Shown here piece by piece: positions 20,016-30,331 of a stretch of 64,000 nt of DNA. Below the pieces are notes generated by a model. It did no database searches, was not told the origin of the DNA, and was given only the letters and a program-made list of their open reading frames with translations. The number at the start of each line of letters is the position of its first letter. Position 1 is the first letter of the stretch. A program made the position numbers and the translations under genes. The DNA comes from Verrucomicrobiota bacterium (lineage in GTDB: Bacteria > Verrucomicrobiota > Verrucomicrobiia > Limisphaerales > AAA164-E04). The DNA lies in assembly GCA_047947115.1 (NCBI GenBank), contig CP170459.1:3712001-3776000 (forward strand), given 5' to 3'.

Positions 20016-22961
20016 CTACCGTGTCAGTTCGAGGTTTTGGTTCCAGTTTTGGACGAGAATGGCATCCGGCTGTCGGCTTCGTTCATTGGATGCTGCGTCG
20101 CCTAGCTGCCTTTCGATGTAGAGAAATTGGCCTGTGGCTGGGACATGGGTCATGATGCGTGGGAAATAACGATTCCCGTAAAACATGTTTTTCGGAAGAT
20201 CGATCACTTTTGCAGGCGGTGTGAAGGCCGGCGCGGGTTCTGGCATGAAGTGAGTGCTGTAAAGAATCTGTGCCTCCGGATCGATGTAATAGAGGGTGTT
20301 GCGGCTTGGGTGCCAGAAAGGATGAATGGCCCTGTGGCCCTGGTTGATGACGTAGCGTATGGAAGCGTCGGGAAACCCCACAACACAGACCGAGTCGTCT
20401 TTTCTCTGTTCTCCTGAAACAAAAGCCATCCATTGATTGTCGTGGGATAGAGCAGGATTCCAGACATCGTCCAAATGAGATGAAAAGGGTTGAGGTGACC
20501 GATTCTCACTCTCCATGTCGATGAATGCATGCCTGCCCCAGCGTGGGTAACCCTGAACCAACACGTAGCGTCCGGATTTGGAAACGGCCACGACATGGCC
20601 CGGGGAAAGCAGGGTTTGTTTGTCGGTGTAGTCGGTTCCACCAAAGAATGTCCGCACTCCTTGATCGTCCCAAAGCCGGAAGACAATTTGCTTCTGATTG
20701 AGCCAATGAGGCGATGCCAGCCAATTCATGTTTTGAAACGATCGGATTCTTGAGCTGGTCTGACGAGCAATGTCGTATTGCCAGAAATGCGAAGATAGAT
20801 CTTCGTTGGCACCAAAGAGGATGTGCTTTTGGTCCGGAGAAATGTCCAGTCCACTGATCCATTGTCGATCCAAAGTTCCTTCCAGATAGGATCCTAGTGT
20901 CCCGTCGTCTTGGATCCAGCGTAAACGAAAAGTGGGTTTGGGTTTTTTGAAATGGTAGATGAGGGTGTTTTGGGCTGAAACGGCAAAACCAAAACTAGCT
21001 TTGTCGGTCACTTTAAAGATTTCGCCAGTCCTTGTCAGGGTAGCCAGGTCAAAAGGGAAGGCCCAGAGCCCCATCTTTCTCGCACTCCAGATATAAAACA
21101 GGATGTGACCACTAGGCGCATACACGGGATTATTCAGGTTGTAACCCTTGAGTTGAAGAAGTTCCTTCCGGCCGGTTTCCTCGCTCCAAATGGTGACCGT
21201 ATCAATGGCGTGATGTCGCCTGTGGGTGATGAATATCAGACCACGACCTTCCGGCAATGCATTGGCTTCGTGAAAGTTGTCGTCCTGGTCCGTAGTCGGA
21301 AGGACAAGCTCCGGAGGCTCGTGGCCGTTGATTTGCACCTTGAAAAGGCCCTGATCCCCTGTGTTGAAAATCAACTCTCCGTTGGCACGCCACAGCCCAC
21401 CTCCATGGTTGGGTGCTTCATTGCCATTGATATTGCAGAGAACCGTGCGCTCATGGGTCTCCAGTGAATGAAGGTAGAGTTTGTTTTTGTCCAGGTAAGC
21501 AATACGGTCGCCTTCAGGTGAGATGAAAGGTTCTTGAACAAAGTGATGATTCAATTGAGCCGTGGGACCCACGTGATCCAATGGGTGAACAAGAATTCCT
21601 TTTTGCGTGCGGAGGATCAATCGGTCGGACCGTGGCGTCAATAGAAATTGGGTGAATGGGCTGAGAATGTGATCGCTCTCGGTGAAGTAAATGGGAAGCG
21701 AAAGAGTGGGTTGGGCCTGTGCCTCTTTTTGAGTTGCCGAGGGAGTGTGTGGGCGACTCAACCAGATGACGCAGCAGAGAATGATGCAAGCCAACCCGGC
21801 GATGCTCCAGGGCAAAAGCCCACGCCTTGGCTGGATCGATTGCGGTGTGGATCGATACTCAAAATCAGAGGCATGCTGCCATTGCAAAAGAATATCTTCC
21901 AGATCGATTCGGGCGGCTCCCATATCAGGGAGTCGACGCTGGACATCCCTTCGGAGACATTTTTCCAACAGCCATCTAAGGTTCTTCGGCGTATCGGCGG
22001 GAAGAGCCTCCCAGGGAATCTCCATCTTCAGGATATTGGAAAGGGTTTCCACTGGGTCCTGGCCGGTGAAAAGGATTTTGCCGGTGAGCATTTCAAAAAG
22101 GACACATCCAAAGCTCCAGATGTCGCTTCGTTGATCCAGAGGGCGACCCCGTGCTTGTTCGGGGCTGAGGTAGGGCAAGGTGCCCATGATAATGGCGGTT
22201 TGGGTAAGCAAGGAGGCGGTTTCGTCCTGCTGCATTGAAGTTTCACCCGAAGCTGCAGCCACAGGAAGCCCGTTGAGGTCGGTGATGAGAGCCGAGATCC
22301 CAAAATCCAGCACCTTGATTTCATTCGTTGAATTGATCTTGATGTTGCCTGGTTTGAGGTCCCTGTGAACAATCCCTTTTGCGTGGGCTGCCTCCACGGC
22401 ATGGCTGATGGAAACGGCCATTTTAATGGCTTCATCGAGAGGCAAGGGGCCCTGTTGCAGTCGTTCTGCCAGGGTATGGCCATCAATGTATTCCATAATG
22501 ATGGCATGGTCGCGATCCGAATGCTCCACTCCATAAATGGCGGCGATGTTGGGGTGTTCCAGCGAGGCGAGTATTTCAGCTTCTTGCTGAACTTTGTGCT
22601 GAAATATTTCGTGTTCGGATCCCTTGTCAGGAATCCATTTTATGGCCACCGGGCGTTTAAGGTGGTTGTCGAGTGCCCGAAACACCTTGCCGCTTACCCC
22701 TTCCCCAATCAATTCCTCCAAGGCGTAGTGGGCAATGGTTGCGGGTGCCTCGCATGGTGTTTTGGTCAAGACACCTGCCGGCTCACGGGTCAGAAAAGCC
22801 GACTGAGTGGTATGAGCCTTCAAGAGGGAGAGAAGGGGGCCATGAAGGCCCGGGTGCGATTGCTCCACGGTTTTTAACCACGATTTTCGAGCAGCGCTGC
22901 CCAGAGACATCGCTTGGTCAAAAAACTTCTCCAGCAACGCATGATTCGACTCCTGTGTCAT
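20016..22961 (-). CDS. Membrane Ser/Thr protein kinase with C-terminal TolB/PD40-like beta-propeller
   Basis: VAIK, HRDLKPGN, DFG, GTLPYLSPEQ, SDIWSFG; TM LLPWSIAGLACIILCCVIWL; propeller repeats (ISPEG, ISPDQ, LSHDN); N-terminal helical extension typical of ECF-linked kinases. Confidence 0.95.
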   Translation of the reverse strand: MTQESNHALLEKFFDQAMSLGSAARKSWLKTVEQSHPGLHGPLLSLLKAHTTQSAFLTREPAGVLTKTPCEAPATIAHYALEELIGEGVSGKVFRALDNHLKRPVAIKWIPDKGSEHEIFQHKVQQEAEILASLEHPNIAAIYGVEHSDRDHAIIMEYIDGHTLAERLQQGPLPLDEAIKMAVSISHAVEAAHAKGIVHRDLKPGNIKINSTNEIKVLDFGISALITDLNGLPVAAASGETSMQQDETASLLTQTAIIMGTLPYLSPEQARGRPLDQRSDIWSFGCVLFEMLTGKILFTGQDPVETLSNILKMEIPWEALPADTPKNLRWLLEKCLRRDVQRRLPDMGAARIDLEDILLQWQHASDFEYRSTPQSIQPRRGLLPWSIAGLACIILCCVIWLSRPHTPSATQKEAQAQPTLSLPIYFTESDHILSPFTQFLLTPRSDRLILRTQKGILVHPLDHVGPTAQLNHHFVQEPFISPEGDRIAYLDKNKLYLHSLETHERTVLCNINGNEAPNHGGGLWRANGELIFNTGDQGLFKVQINGHEPPELVLPTTDQDDNFHEANALPEGRGLIFITHRRHHAIDTVTIWSEETGRKELLQLKGYNLNNPVYAPSGHILFYIWSARKMGLWAFPFDLATLTRTGEIFKVTDKASFGFAVSAQNTLIYHFKKPKPTFRLRWIQDDGTLGSYLEGTLDRQWISGLDISPDQKHILFGANEDLSSHFWQYDIARQTSSRIRSFQNMNWLASPHWLNQKQIVFRLWDDQGVRTFFGGTDYTDKQTLLSPGHVVAVSKSGRYVLVQGYPRWGRHAFIDMESENRSPQPFSSHLDDVWNPALSHDNQWMAFVSGEQRKDDSVCVVGFPDASIRYVINQGHRAIHPFWHPSRNTLYYIDPEAQILYSTHFMPEPAPAFTPPAKVIDLPKNMFYGNRYFPRIMTHVPATGQFLYIERQLGDAASNERSRQPDAILVQNWNQNLELTR

Positions 22962-22987
22962 GAGGCCATGGTGGAATGTGGGGGTGA

Positions 22988-23515
22988 TTAAAGCCTTCTT
23001 GCCAAGTAGGCCCTGCCAAAAATGACCTTGCGCTGGATGGTCCGCTCAGAGATACCCGTAGCCGTTGCAATTTCCTGATTGTTCATGCCAACGAAAAATC
23101 GCATTTGGATAATCTTTCCTACTTCAGGGTGGTCTTTTTCCAGCTGTTGGAGCGCTTCATGCATCGCAAGAATCTGTGGATCGTCACAGTCTTCGGCCGT
23201 CTGAATTTCTTCAAGCATGTGACTGTCGATGTCTGCCATCGGGGGTTGCCGCGAACGTTTTCTGGCTCGATCTACGAGAATGTTGCGCATAACCACAGAG
23301 GCGTAAGCGAAAAAATGTTCTTTTTCCCGCCACCGGTCTCGGCTCTCGAGACGCAACCAGGCCAAATGAGCTAGATCGGTTGCCTGGATGGATTGGGAGT
23401 GGCCAAACTGTTGCAGTTTGAAGCGGGCCAGCTGTCGAAGCCTCAGATAATCTTCGGGAAGCAATTGCCCAGTTTTTTCAAGAATCTGAAAGGGCTGTTT
23501 TAGCTTTTTTCTCAT
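22988..23515 (-). CDS. ECF sigma factor, kinase-associated (TIGR02999/ECF43-like)
   Basis: LLPEDYLRLRQLA...SIQATDLAHLAWLRL...HFFAYASVVMRNILVDRAR...MRFFVGMNNQEIA...ISERTIQR; immediately upstream of the kinase; start ATG 23515 or 23545. Confidence 0.92.
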   Translation of the reverse strand: MRKKLKQPFQILEKTGQLLPEDYLRLRQLARFKLQQFGHSQSIQATDLAHLAWLRLESRDRWREKEHFFAYASVVMRNILVDRARKRSRQPPMADIDSHMLEEIQTAEDCDDPQILAMHEALQQLEKDHPEVGKIIQMRFFVGMNNQEIATATGISERTIQRKVIFGRAYLARRL

Positions 23516-23531
23516 GTTTCTTATCCCGATA

Positions 23532-23570
23532 CGAGGAGGCACCATCTACACTAACGAGCGAGGAGACCGA
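23532..23570 (+). repeat. 39-bp direct repeat, copy 1 (copy 2 at 45978-46016)
   Basis: CGAGGAGGCACCATCTACACTAACGAGCGAGGAGACCGA versus CGAGGAGGCGCCATCTACACCAGCGAGCGAGCAGACCAA, 5 mismatches. Confidence 0.8.
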
Positions 23571-24031
23571 AATAATCCGTGTGTTTCCGATAGGCTGGTA
23601 GAATAACTTTGTTTTAAATAATTACCAGTTTGAACTTATGACTTGAATTAATCGGTCAATCACAGACAATCAATACATTCTAAAGATACAGGACCCACAT
23701 TTTACACGTGCGGGAGACTTCAAATTCAAATAAGCAATTATTTCACAGATTTATCATACTCTCATAAACTCAACCTGTGAGACACCCAATGTATCCATCT
23801 GACTCACAGGGCGTCCTTTTCGCCCACTGCTCTCTTCAGAAAAAAAGCCCCTGGTTTGAAGTCCTAACCCGGATATTTCATCAAAATCAGAAATCTCCAA
23901 AACTGGTGTTAGCACCGGTTTGAAAATGCCGTTTTTCACCGGAATGAACATGTCCATGTTTTCGGGGTAAAAAGAACCCGACGACCTTTTGGTGGACATC
24001 GGGTTGTTTGGTTTCAGGATTGCTACGGCTG

Positions 24032-24787
24032 TTAGGATTCTTCGATCTTATCTCGCATGCGGTAGCTTTTCCCCTGGATCGTTATGGTGCGGGAATGATG
24101 CAACACTCGATACAGAATGGCACTGCTCAGGGTGGCGTCGTTGTTGAAGATTTCACTCCATTTCTTATAGGACTTGTTGGTGGTGAAGATGGTGCTGGAT
24201 TTTTCGTAGCGACCGCTGATGACTTGAAAAAGGAGATCGGCTCCCACTTTGTCGATAGGAAGGTATCCAATCTCATCACAGACCAATATCCGTGGCTTGA
24301 GGTATTTGGCCAGTTCCTGTTTTAAGCGATAGGCAGCGTTGGCGGCGGTGAGTTGATTGATGATGTCTACTGCGGTGGTGTAATAGACCCCGTGATCGTT
24401 CAAGCATGCCTGGTAGCCCAGGGAGCATGCCAAATGTGTCTTCCCCAAACCAACTCCCCCCATGAGGATGACGTTGGAATGGTCTTCCAGGAAGCGCAGT
24501 CCAAAGAGGTCTTTGATCGCTTGGGGATTGATTTTCTGCGGCCAGCTGAAGTCAAAGCTTTCCACAGTTTTGATCACCGGAAAACGGGCGGACTTGATCC
24601 GACGTTGGATTTTGTTGTCGGTGCGACGACAGACTTCGCCGCTGATCAATTCGTGAAGGTAATCGTGGTGCGACCATTGTTTGTCGGCTGCTTCTTTGGT
24701 GATGGTTTTAAGGTTTTCTTCGATGTATCGCAGTTTGAGTATTTGGATTTGTTCGAGCAGTTGCTGGGTTTTGTCTTTTTTCTTCAT
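24032..24787 (-). CDS. istB: IS21 helper ATPase IstB
   Basis: ARFPVIKTVESFDF, GGVGLGKTHLA (Walker A), CDEIGYLP, FTTNK, GKSYR. Confidence 0.94.
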   Translation of the reverse strand: MKKKDKTQQLLEQIQILKLRYIEENLKTITKEAADKQWSHHDYLHELISGEVCRRTDNKIQRRIKSARFPVIKTVESFDFSWPQKINPQAIKDLFGLRFLEDHSNVILMGGVGLGKTHLACSLGYQACLNDHGVYYTTAVDIINQLTAANAAYRLKQELAKYLKPRILVCDEIGYLPIDKVGADLLFQVISGRYEKSSTIFTTNKSYKKWSEIFNNDATLSSAILYRVLHHSRTITIQGKSYRMRDKIEES

Positions 24788-24792
24788 GCTGG

Positions 24793-26265
24793 TTATTCGT
24801 TTCCTTCAAACAGATCGTCCTGGTGATAGGTGGTGAGGTCGGGTTCGGGCAGGTCTACTTCCAGGAGATCTTCACGACGGGTAAGGTGCAGCACGCCGGG
24901 TTCGTTTTGTGGACGTTCGCGTTGCTGCAGGATGTTGATGATGTATTGACTGTCGTAGGCCTTGTAGTGGAGCGCATCCTGAATGGCTCGTGCCACCGGT
25001 TTGTTGCCGTGGGTTTCAACCAGGGCAAGGATGCGGCGTACATGCGTGGTGGTCTGGAAACGTCTATGTTTGAGTGATTCGTAGTATTGTGCCGCCTCGG
25101 TGCAGATTTTCAGGAAGTCCACCAGCATCTTTTGGTCCCGGGCGTGACGTCTTTGTTCCAGGAGGGGGCTGATGTGGTCTTCGTTGACAGTGTCATGCCT
25201 TCTTCGATAACTGCGCACATGGGTGGCAACGAGTTGGTTGTTGTGGTAGAGAAGCAGTTCCTGGGGACGCCGCTTGACGGTGATCCGTTGTACGGCCAAT
25301 CGGTAGGGAGCGGTGTAGGTGTTGGTGTCCAGCCGTATGCGGCAGGTGCTCGATACCCGGTAGTCTTCAATAACACCCGTGTCATATGGTTGAGGGGAGA
25401 GCGGGATCAGTTTTTCTTTTGTGTGCAGATCGATGGGAGCTTGCGCGGTTTGTGGGTGTTTGCGCACGTTGGCCACGTTGCGCAACCATTCCATGGCTGC
25501 TGGTTGCACTTGGGCAAAGTCGGTGAAAGTGTGACTGCTGAGAAAGTTCTTTTTGACGTAGCCGACACCGTTTTCCACACGCCCCTTTTGCTGAGGTTGG
25601 CGCACCCAGCAGGCGACGATGCCAAAGCCAAAGTGGTTGGCCATTTCAAGGTAGCGGGGATGAGGCACCGCAGGGCTGCCAACCGGATGTTTGAGGATGG
25701 CCACTTTGCAGTTGTCGACCCAGATTTTCTTGGGGCATCCGCCAAAAAACTCGAAAGCCTGGCAATGAGCTTCCAGGAAGTGTTCCATGGTTTCGGCCAA
25801 TGTGAAATGGACGTACATCATTCGGCTGTAAGCCAGCACCATCACAAAGGATGACAGTTGGCGCATGGTGTCGCCCACCGGGATTTCACCAAAGGTTCCC
25901 CAGTCGACCTGAGCGCATTCTCCCGGTTCGAAGTCCAGCTTGAGTTAGGCCTGCTTTTGAGGAGGACGGATTTGCCGAACATAATCCCTGAGTACAGTGA
26001 TGCCTCGCTGATAACCTTCGTTACGCAATCTCTGGAAAACTTGCTGGGCGCTGTATGGATGCTCGCGCAACCATGCCGCAATGCGTGGTTTGAAGGGGGC
26101 CAGTTTGCTGTTTCTGGGAGCGGTTGCACGTGGGTGGTATTTTGCACGTTTGATCCATCGGCGCACCGTACGTCGATCGCATCCGATCTTTTTGGCGATT
26201 TGCGATGGCTTGAGCCCATTTGCCTTGAGGTGGTGGATCTCGCTCCAGAGGAAGAAATCAATCAT
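24793..26265 (-). pseudogene. istA: IS21 transposase IstA with one in-frame stop
   Basis: HTH N-terminus (25945..26265), TAA at 25947-25945, then in-frame FEPGECAQVDWG, VLAYSR, VDNCK, KGRVENGVGYVK. Confidence 0.9.
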
Positions 26266-26653
26266 TCAATCCCTCCTTTCCACTCATGGCCTGCTCGAAC
26301 AACTGAGCGATGCTCAACGCTTTCCCGGAACAGGAACGAGTTGGCACAGGTGCCAGATCCAGGACCTGATACAAGGGTTTTTGATAAGCAATCAGACCAC
26401 GGGCAATCAATTGGGAACGCCCCGATTCCAGTCCATCATGTGAAAGTCCACAGGAACGAACCAAGGCCTTATCTCCGTAATAACTGAGCCCTTGAGCGTC
26501 GGAGACGACGACCAAAAACAAATACAAGGCCATGGCGTTGGGCTAAAGATCGCGCAGGTGGTGATCCCGGACCAGGCGATGGTCCAGCCAACTGAAGTGT
26601 TCAGGAACCCGGCGGAGCCGTTCCGGACGCAGTAGACGTTTGTTTATCCTCAT
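26258..26653 (-). pseudogene. IS21 passenger ORF 2 (HTH-like) with in-frame TAG
   Basis: MRINKRLLRPERLRRVPEHFSWLDHRLVRDHHLRDL*PNAMALYLFLVVVSDAQGLSYYGD; TAG at 26545-26543. Confidence 0.7.
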
Positions 26654-27182
26654 TTGAATCCTCTTGATGTTTGGTTAAAGCGCCGGGCAACCGGTTTGTG
26701 GTTCCCAGCACATCCTGCCCCCTTTGTAAGATCTCCCGGGTCTGTTGGCCGATGTCGTCTTGTAACGTGCTTCCGGATATAAGCGATATAAGCCCAACGA
26801 GAAGAGCACGTTGCTCAATCAAGAGATCTTGTAACGCAGGATCAACGATAAGAGCTGCATCCTATTTATTATGTGCAGTTTCCAGAAAGCAGTCGCCTTT
26901 TAACGGTGAACGCCGTTTACGAGGCTTGGTTTGGGCTCGGTAACCAGGGTTTTGCTTGCGCCAATGTTGAACCCGCTTCACATGATTTGGACCTTTCCAG
27001 TAGTCTCTGTTTTCAGGTTTTCGGCTCCACTTACGTTGAGAAGCAGCGCAATGAGCCTTCCGGCATTCGGCCTTGGGACACGTCTTTTGATGCCGAACAT
27101 TACGAAAATCCGGGAAGTAATACTCTTTACATACCTGACACTTGCGTTTGTTGATGCGCTTGCGATGGCGAACCTTACCCAT
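26601..27182 (-). pseudogene. IS21 passenger ORF 1 (Cys-rich, zinc-finger-like) with in-frame TAG
   Basis: KCQVCKEYYFPDFRNVRHQKTCPKAECRKA...; ORFs 26862..27200 and 26601..26822 are in frame across one TAG. Confidence 0.7.
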
Positions 27183-27361
27183 GCCGCAAACAAGGGCCAC
27201 GACACTGAAGAAAAAAGAAGAAAATCCAATCCGCTACTGCGGATCAGGGAAGAAAACGGGAAGAAGAGGATTTGCTGATCAAAGTCTGAAGAAAACGGAA
27301 CACCGAAGAAGATACATTTTCAAACCGTTGGAAAATGGACAATTTCAGCTCGCTGCTCATA

Positions 27362-27590
27362 TTTGGCATCGGCTTCACGCATGAGGCCGTATTTTTTTCG
27401 CCACCGGAGGAGAGTTGCTATGGATATTTGTTCTGTCTACAGAACGCCTCCTGGTTCAGGTCGCTACTATCGGCCTCCCGCAACAAGCGGATGATTTCTT
27501 CTGGTTTGTGTCTTTTTTGCTTCATTGTGAGTTGTTTTGTTTATTCAAAACTTCTCACTCGCTTTGGGCCAGTTTTTCAGGCGGCGGCCA
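27362..27590 (-). mobile_element. IS3-family left-end remnant, truncated by IS21
   Basis: Near-identical to 37504-37733; end TGGCCGCCGCCTGAAAAACTGGCCC on minus strand; orfA start MKQKRHKPEEII. Confidence 0.88.
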
Positions 27591-27611
27591 GTTCTTTTTT
27601 TCTGAAGTTTT

Positions 27612-27640
27612 TGGCACCCTATCTCGCCGTATTTCGTTTA
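27612..27640 (+). promoter_or_regulatory. Putative ECF promoter TGGCAC-N17-CGTTTA
   Basis: TGGCAC 27612-27617, 17-nt spacer, CGTTTA 27635-27640; T-run upstream; 13 nt before ATG 27654; same geometry at three other array promoters. Confidence 0.68.
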
Positions 27641-27653
27641 TGTAAGTAATCGG

Positions 27654-28637
27654 ATGAAAAAAAATATGAAAACAATCGTAAAAAAACCGACCCGCCTTGG
27701 GTTTTTCCTGGCGCTTTATGGTCTACTTTACTGGGGGCTGAGCGCGGCTTCGGCGCAGATGCCAGTCCATGTGAAGCAAAGCCTCGATCGGTTGGTGGGG
27801 CATTGGGAGACGGTGACGCAGCTTGGGGGGCGTCAAATCATTGAACACGCGACCCTCGAATGGAGCGCCGATGAGACCACTCTCTTTTATGAGGGAGAAG
27901 GAGAGAAATTTGCCATCAAAGGGCAAAAAAACCATTTCTCGGGAGTCTTTGGATGGGATGCCAAATCGCAACTGGTTCGGGAGTTTGGCTTTGATAATCA
28001 GGGTGGGACGTTCTTTGCGGATCACTCTATCACGGCCGATTCCTGGTCCGACATAGTGACGGCCACGTCCATTGGGGCGGATGGTCAGACCGTCTCTGAG
28101 GTTTTTAAACGGACTTTTCATTTTGAGTCCGCAGACACCTTTGTTCTGGAATCCAAGAATCGGGTTTTGAGGGGGCAAAAAGGGTTCAAAACGGTATTCA
28201 GAAGAGTTGCTAGTAAGGAGACAGAGGCGACCGATAGCCCCTGTCCCTGGGAGTGGATGTTGGGGCATTGGACGGTCGAGCGGAGTGACGGTTCGTCAGC
28301 CAAAGTTCACTGGGATAAACCAAGATCGAACGTCGACTCGGTAGTGGGTAAATGGTGGGAGTCCGATGGCAATGAGTTTCAAGAGCTTGTCGGGTGGGAG
28401 CCTGACCGAAAACATTTAATAGCCCATGGCTACGGCTTCAAGGGATCCTATTTTAGCGTGCGATTTAACGAAGTAAGCCGCAATGTGATGCGTGGTTTCC
28501 TTCGTAGCCGGGATATGGAAGGGGTTCTTCAAATGTCAGTGGTCCATTTAAATCGGGTTTCCCAAAAAGAGGTTCAGTCCAAAATCATCATGGCTGATGG
28601 CTCCATTGTCTCTGAAACATTCCGTCGATCAAAATGA
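27654..28637 (+). CDS. Exported protein, two lipocalin-like/DUF1579-like barrel modules
   Basis: Signal peptide ending ASA-Q; LDRLVGHWE... and WEWMLGHWT...; repeated GWDAK/GWEPD motifs. Confidence 0.8.
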   Translation: MKKNMKTIVKKPTRLGFFLALYGLLYWGLSAASAQMPVHVKQSLDRLVGHWETVTQLGGRQIIEHATLEWSADETTLFYEGEGEKFAIKGQKNHFSGVFGWDAKSQLVREFGFDNQGGTFFADHSITADSWSDIVTATSIGADGQTVSEVFKRTFHFESADTFVLESKNRVLRGQKGFKTVFRRVASKETEATDSPCPWEWMLGHWTVERSDGSSAKVHWDKPRSNVDSVVGKWWESDGNEFQELVGWEPDRKHLIAHGYGFKGSYFSVRFNEVSRNVMRGFLRSRDMEGVLQMSVVHLNRVSQKEVQSKIIMADGSIVSETFRRSK

Positions 28638-28783
28638 AGGTTAATCCTTACGGGGTTACCTGGATTTGTCCCTTTTGATAACGCCTTGTTCATTCAGCAA
28701 GAAGGGCATTGTTGCCATCGGAGAGTTAGTTGAAATCGGAGGTTAAGAACGAATTAAAACACACGCAGAAAAAACAGACAGTT

Positions 28784-29596
28784 ATGAATAGACGATTAAA
28801 ACTAATTGGGTTTGCCGCCCTCGTGGCCGGCTTTTGTTTCGGGAAAAGCTTCAGTCTTATGGCGCAGGAAGAGGAGCCACCTCCGATGTACATCAACATT
28901 GGCTTTTACAAAGTCGATCAGGAAAACAGGGCTGCCTATGAAATGTTGATGAAGGATGTTTTTGGACCCATCATGCAAAAACGGGTTGACGAGGGATGTC
29001 TTAACAATTGGATTTTTCGACGCGTTCTCCCCAATTCTTCGCTGTTCGGGGAATTCACTCATATGACGCTTGATGTCATGCTGCCTGGTGAGGAGGGGTA
29101 TTGGAATTGCGAGGCCAATCTGGAGGAGGTCTTTCCGGGGCTTAGTCCTGAGGTCAGGGAATATCTATACCAAGAGAAAAACAGTCTCAGAACCTTGGTT
29201 CAACGAGTTAGGACTTCCTATGTGGCTGGTTACACTTCGCTGACGCAGGCCCCCCCGATTGCCGTTTTCAATTTGAGTAAAACGAAATCCGACCAATACG
29301 AAGCTAAACATCGAGATGGATTTGCTGACTTTTTTGCCGAAGGGAGTAACACGGTGGCCTGCCACGCCATGAAGCGGATTGACTCCACGGCCTGGGCAAA
29401 ATGGGAATGGGACTACCTCACGGTTGACTGCTACGAGACTCCGGCAAAGATGCGCGAGCCCGTTCGCTTTCCGGCTGAAAAAAGTCGGTATTACCAAGAG
29501 AACTACGGTCCCGCCTCCGATCAACGGGATATTCTTATGCGTGCTGAGACCCGCCTTTTATTCGCCACGGAAAAAAAAGAGGCTCCCCAAAACTAA
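28784..29596 (+). CDS. Exported protein, paired dimeric alpha+beta-barrel-like modules
   Basis: Signal peptide ending LMA-Q; FYKVDQENRAAYEMLMKDVFGPIMQKRVDEGCLNNWIFRRV, resembles central parts of 34790, 39106 and 43649 genes. Confidence 0.78.
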   Translation: MNRRLKLIGFAALVAGFCFGKSFSLMAQEEEPPPMYINIGFYKVDQENRAAYEMLMKDVFGPIMQKRVDEGCLNNWIFRRVLPNSSLFGEFTHMTLDVMLPGEEGYWNCEANLEEVFPGLSPEVREYLYQEKNSLRTLVQRVRTSYVAGYTSLTQAPPIAVFNLSKTKSDQYEAKHRDGFADFFAEGSNTVACHAMKRIDSTAWAKWEWDYLTVDCYETPAKMREPVRFPAEKSRYYQENYGPASDQRDILMRAETRLLFATEKKEAPQN

Positions 29597-29637
29597 GAGT
29601 AGGTCATTTTTAACAAACTGAGGCAAAAGGAAACGAA

Positions 29638-30216
29638 ATGCGATTTAAGCAAAGTTATTCGAGCATTCTTAAAGCGTTGTTTTTGAGTGTCACGCTGGGG
29701 GTTTTGTCATCGTCCGTTGTGACCGGCGCCGAACCGAGTCCTTCATTGAATCGTGAGTTGGCTCCTTTGTCGTGGCAACTGGGCACATGGAAGTGGTCAC
29801 AGCTTGAGGGTGATGTTGTGAATTCGGGCGTGGTGGAAATTCGTTCAGGCCTCAACGGGACGGCTATTTTTCATGACGGTCACAGCACTGCTGGGGGTGA
29901 GTTTCGCTTTCATGTGAGTGTGGCCTTTGATCCTCAGCGGGGCGTGCCAGTCGCGCGTGGTAGCAATAACCATGGGGAGGTTTGGCAAGATCTGGTGGGC
30001 CTATTCGAAGGCCGGTGTGTGATGAGGCGGACCTACATCAATGCAAAGCCGGTGATGAAAATCGATGGCACGCAATCGGAAGGTATGGGCATCCATACCC
30101 GCATCATCACTCAGACCAGAATCAATCATGACACCTGGAAACACGAGCAAGTGTTGATCCTTCCCTCAGGCAAGGCGGAGACACGCTTTGTTGCCCGCCT
30201 GGAAAGGGTGAAGTGA
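29638..30216 (+). CDS. Exported single lipocalin-like barrel protein
   Basis: Signal peptide; ELAPLSWQLGTWK...LNGTAI...FDPQ; similar to 30332 and 38279 genes. Confidence 0.8.
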   Translation: MRFKQSYSSILKALFLSVTLGVLSSSVVTGAEPSPSLNRELAPLSWQLGTWKWSQLEGDVVNSGVVEIRSGLNGTAIFHDGHSTAGGEFRFHVSVAFDPQRGVPVARGSNNHGEVWQDLVGLFEGRCVMRRTYINAKPVMKIDGTQSEGMGIHTRIITQTRINHDTWKHEQVLILPSGKAETRFVARLERVK

Positions 30217-30331
30217 TCCGTTGAACGTTGGTTTTGTCCCCAGGCCCAGTTTTCTCACTCAAACCATTGGCAAGAATGACTAATCGGCTCTGTTGGCCCA
30301 TTGAATACAAACGACTGCTTACTTTCAAACC

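Larger units (their letters stand above)
23907..27361 (-). mobile_element. Degraded IS21-family element with two passenger ORFs
   Basis: End TGTTAGCACCGGTTTGAAAATGCC at 23907; opposite end GGACAATTTCAGCTCGCTGCTCATA ending 27361 with internal CATTTTCAAACCG repeat; contains istA and istB. Confidence 0.82.
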
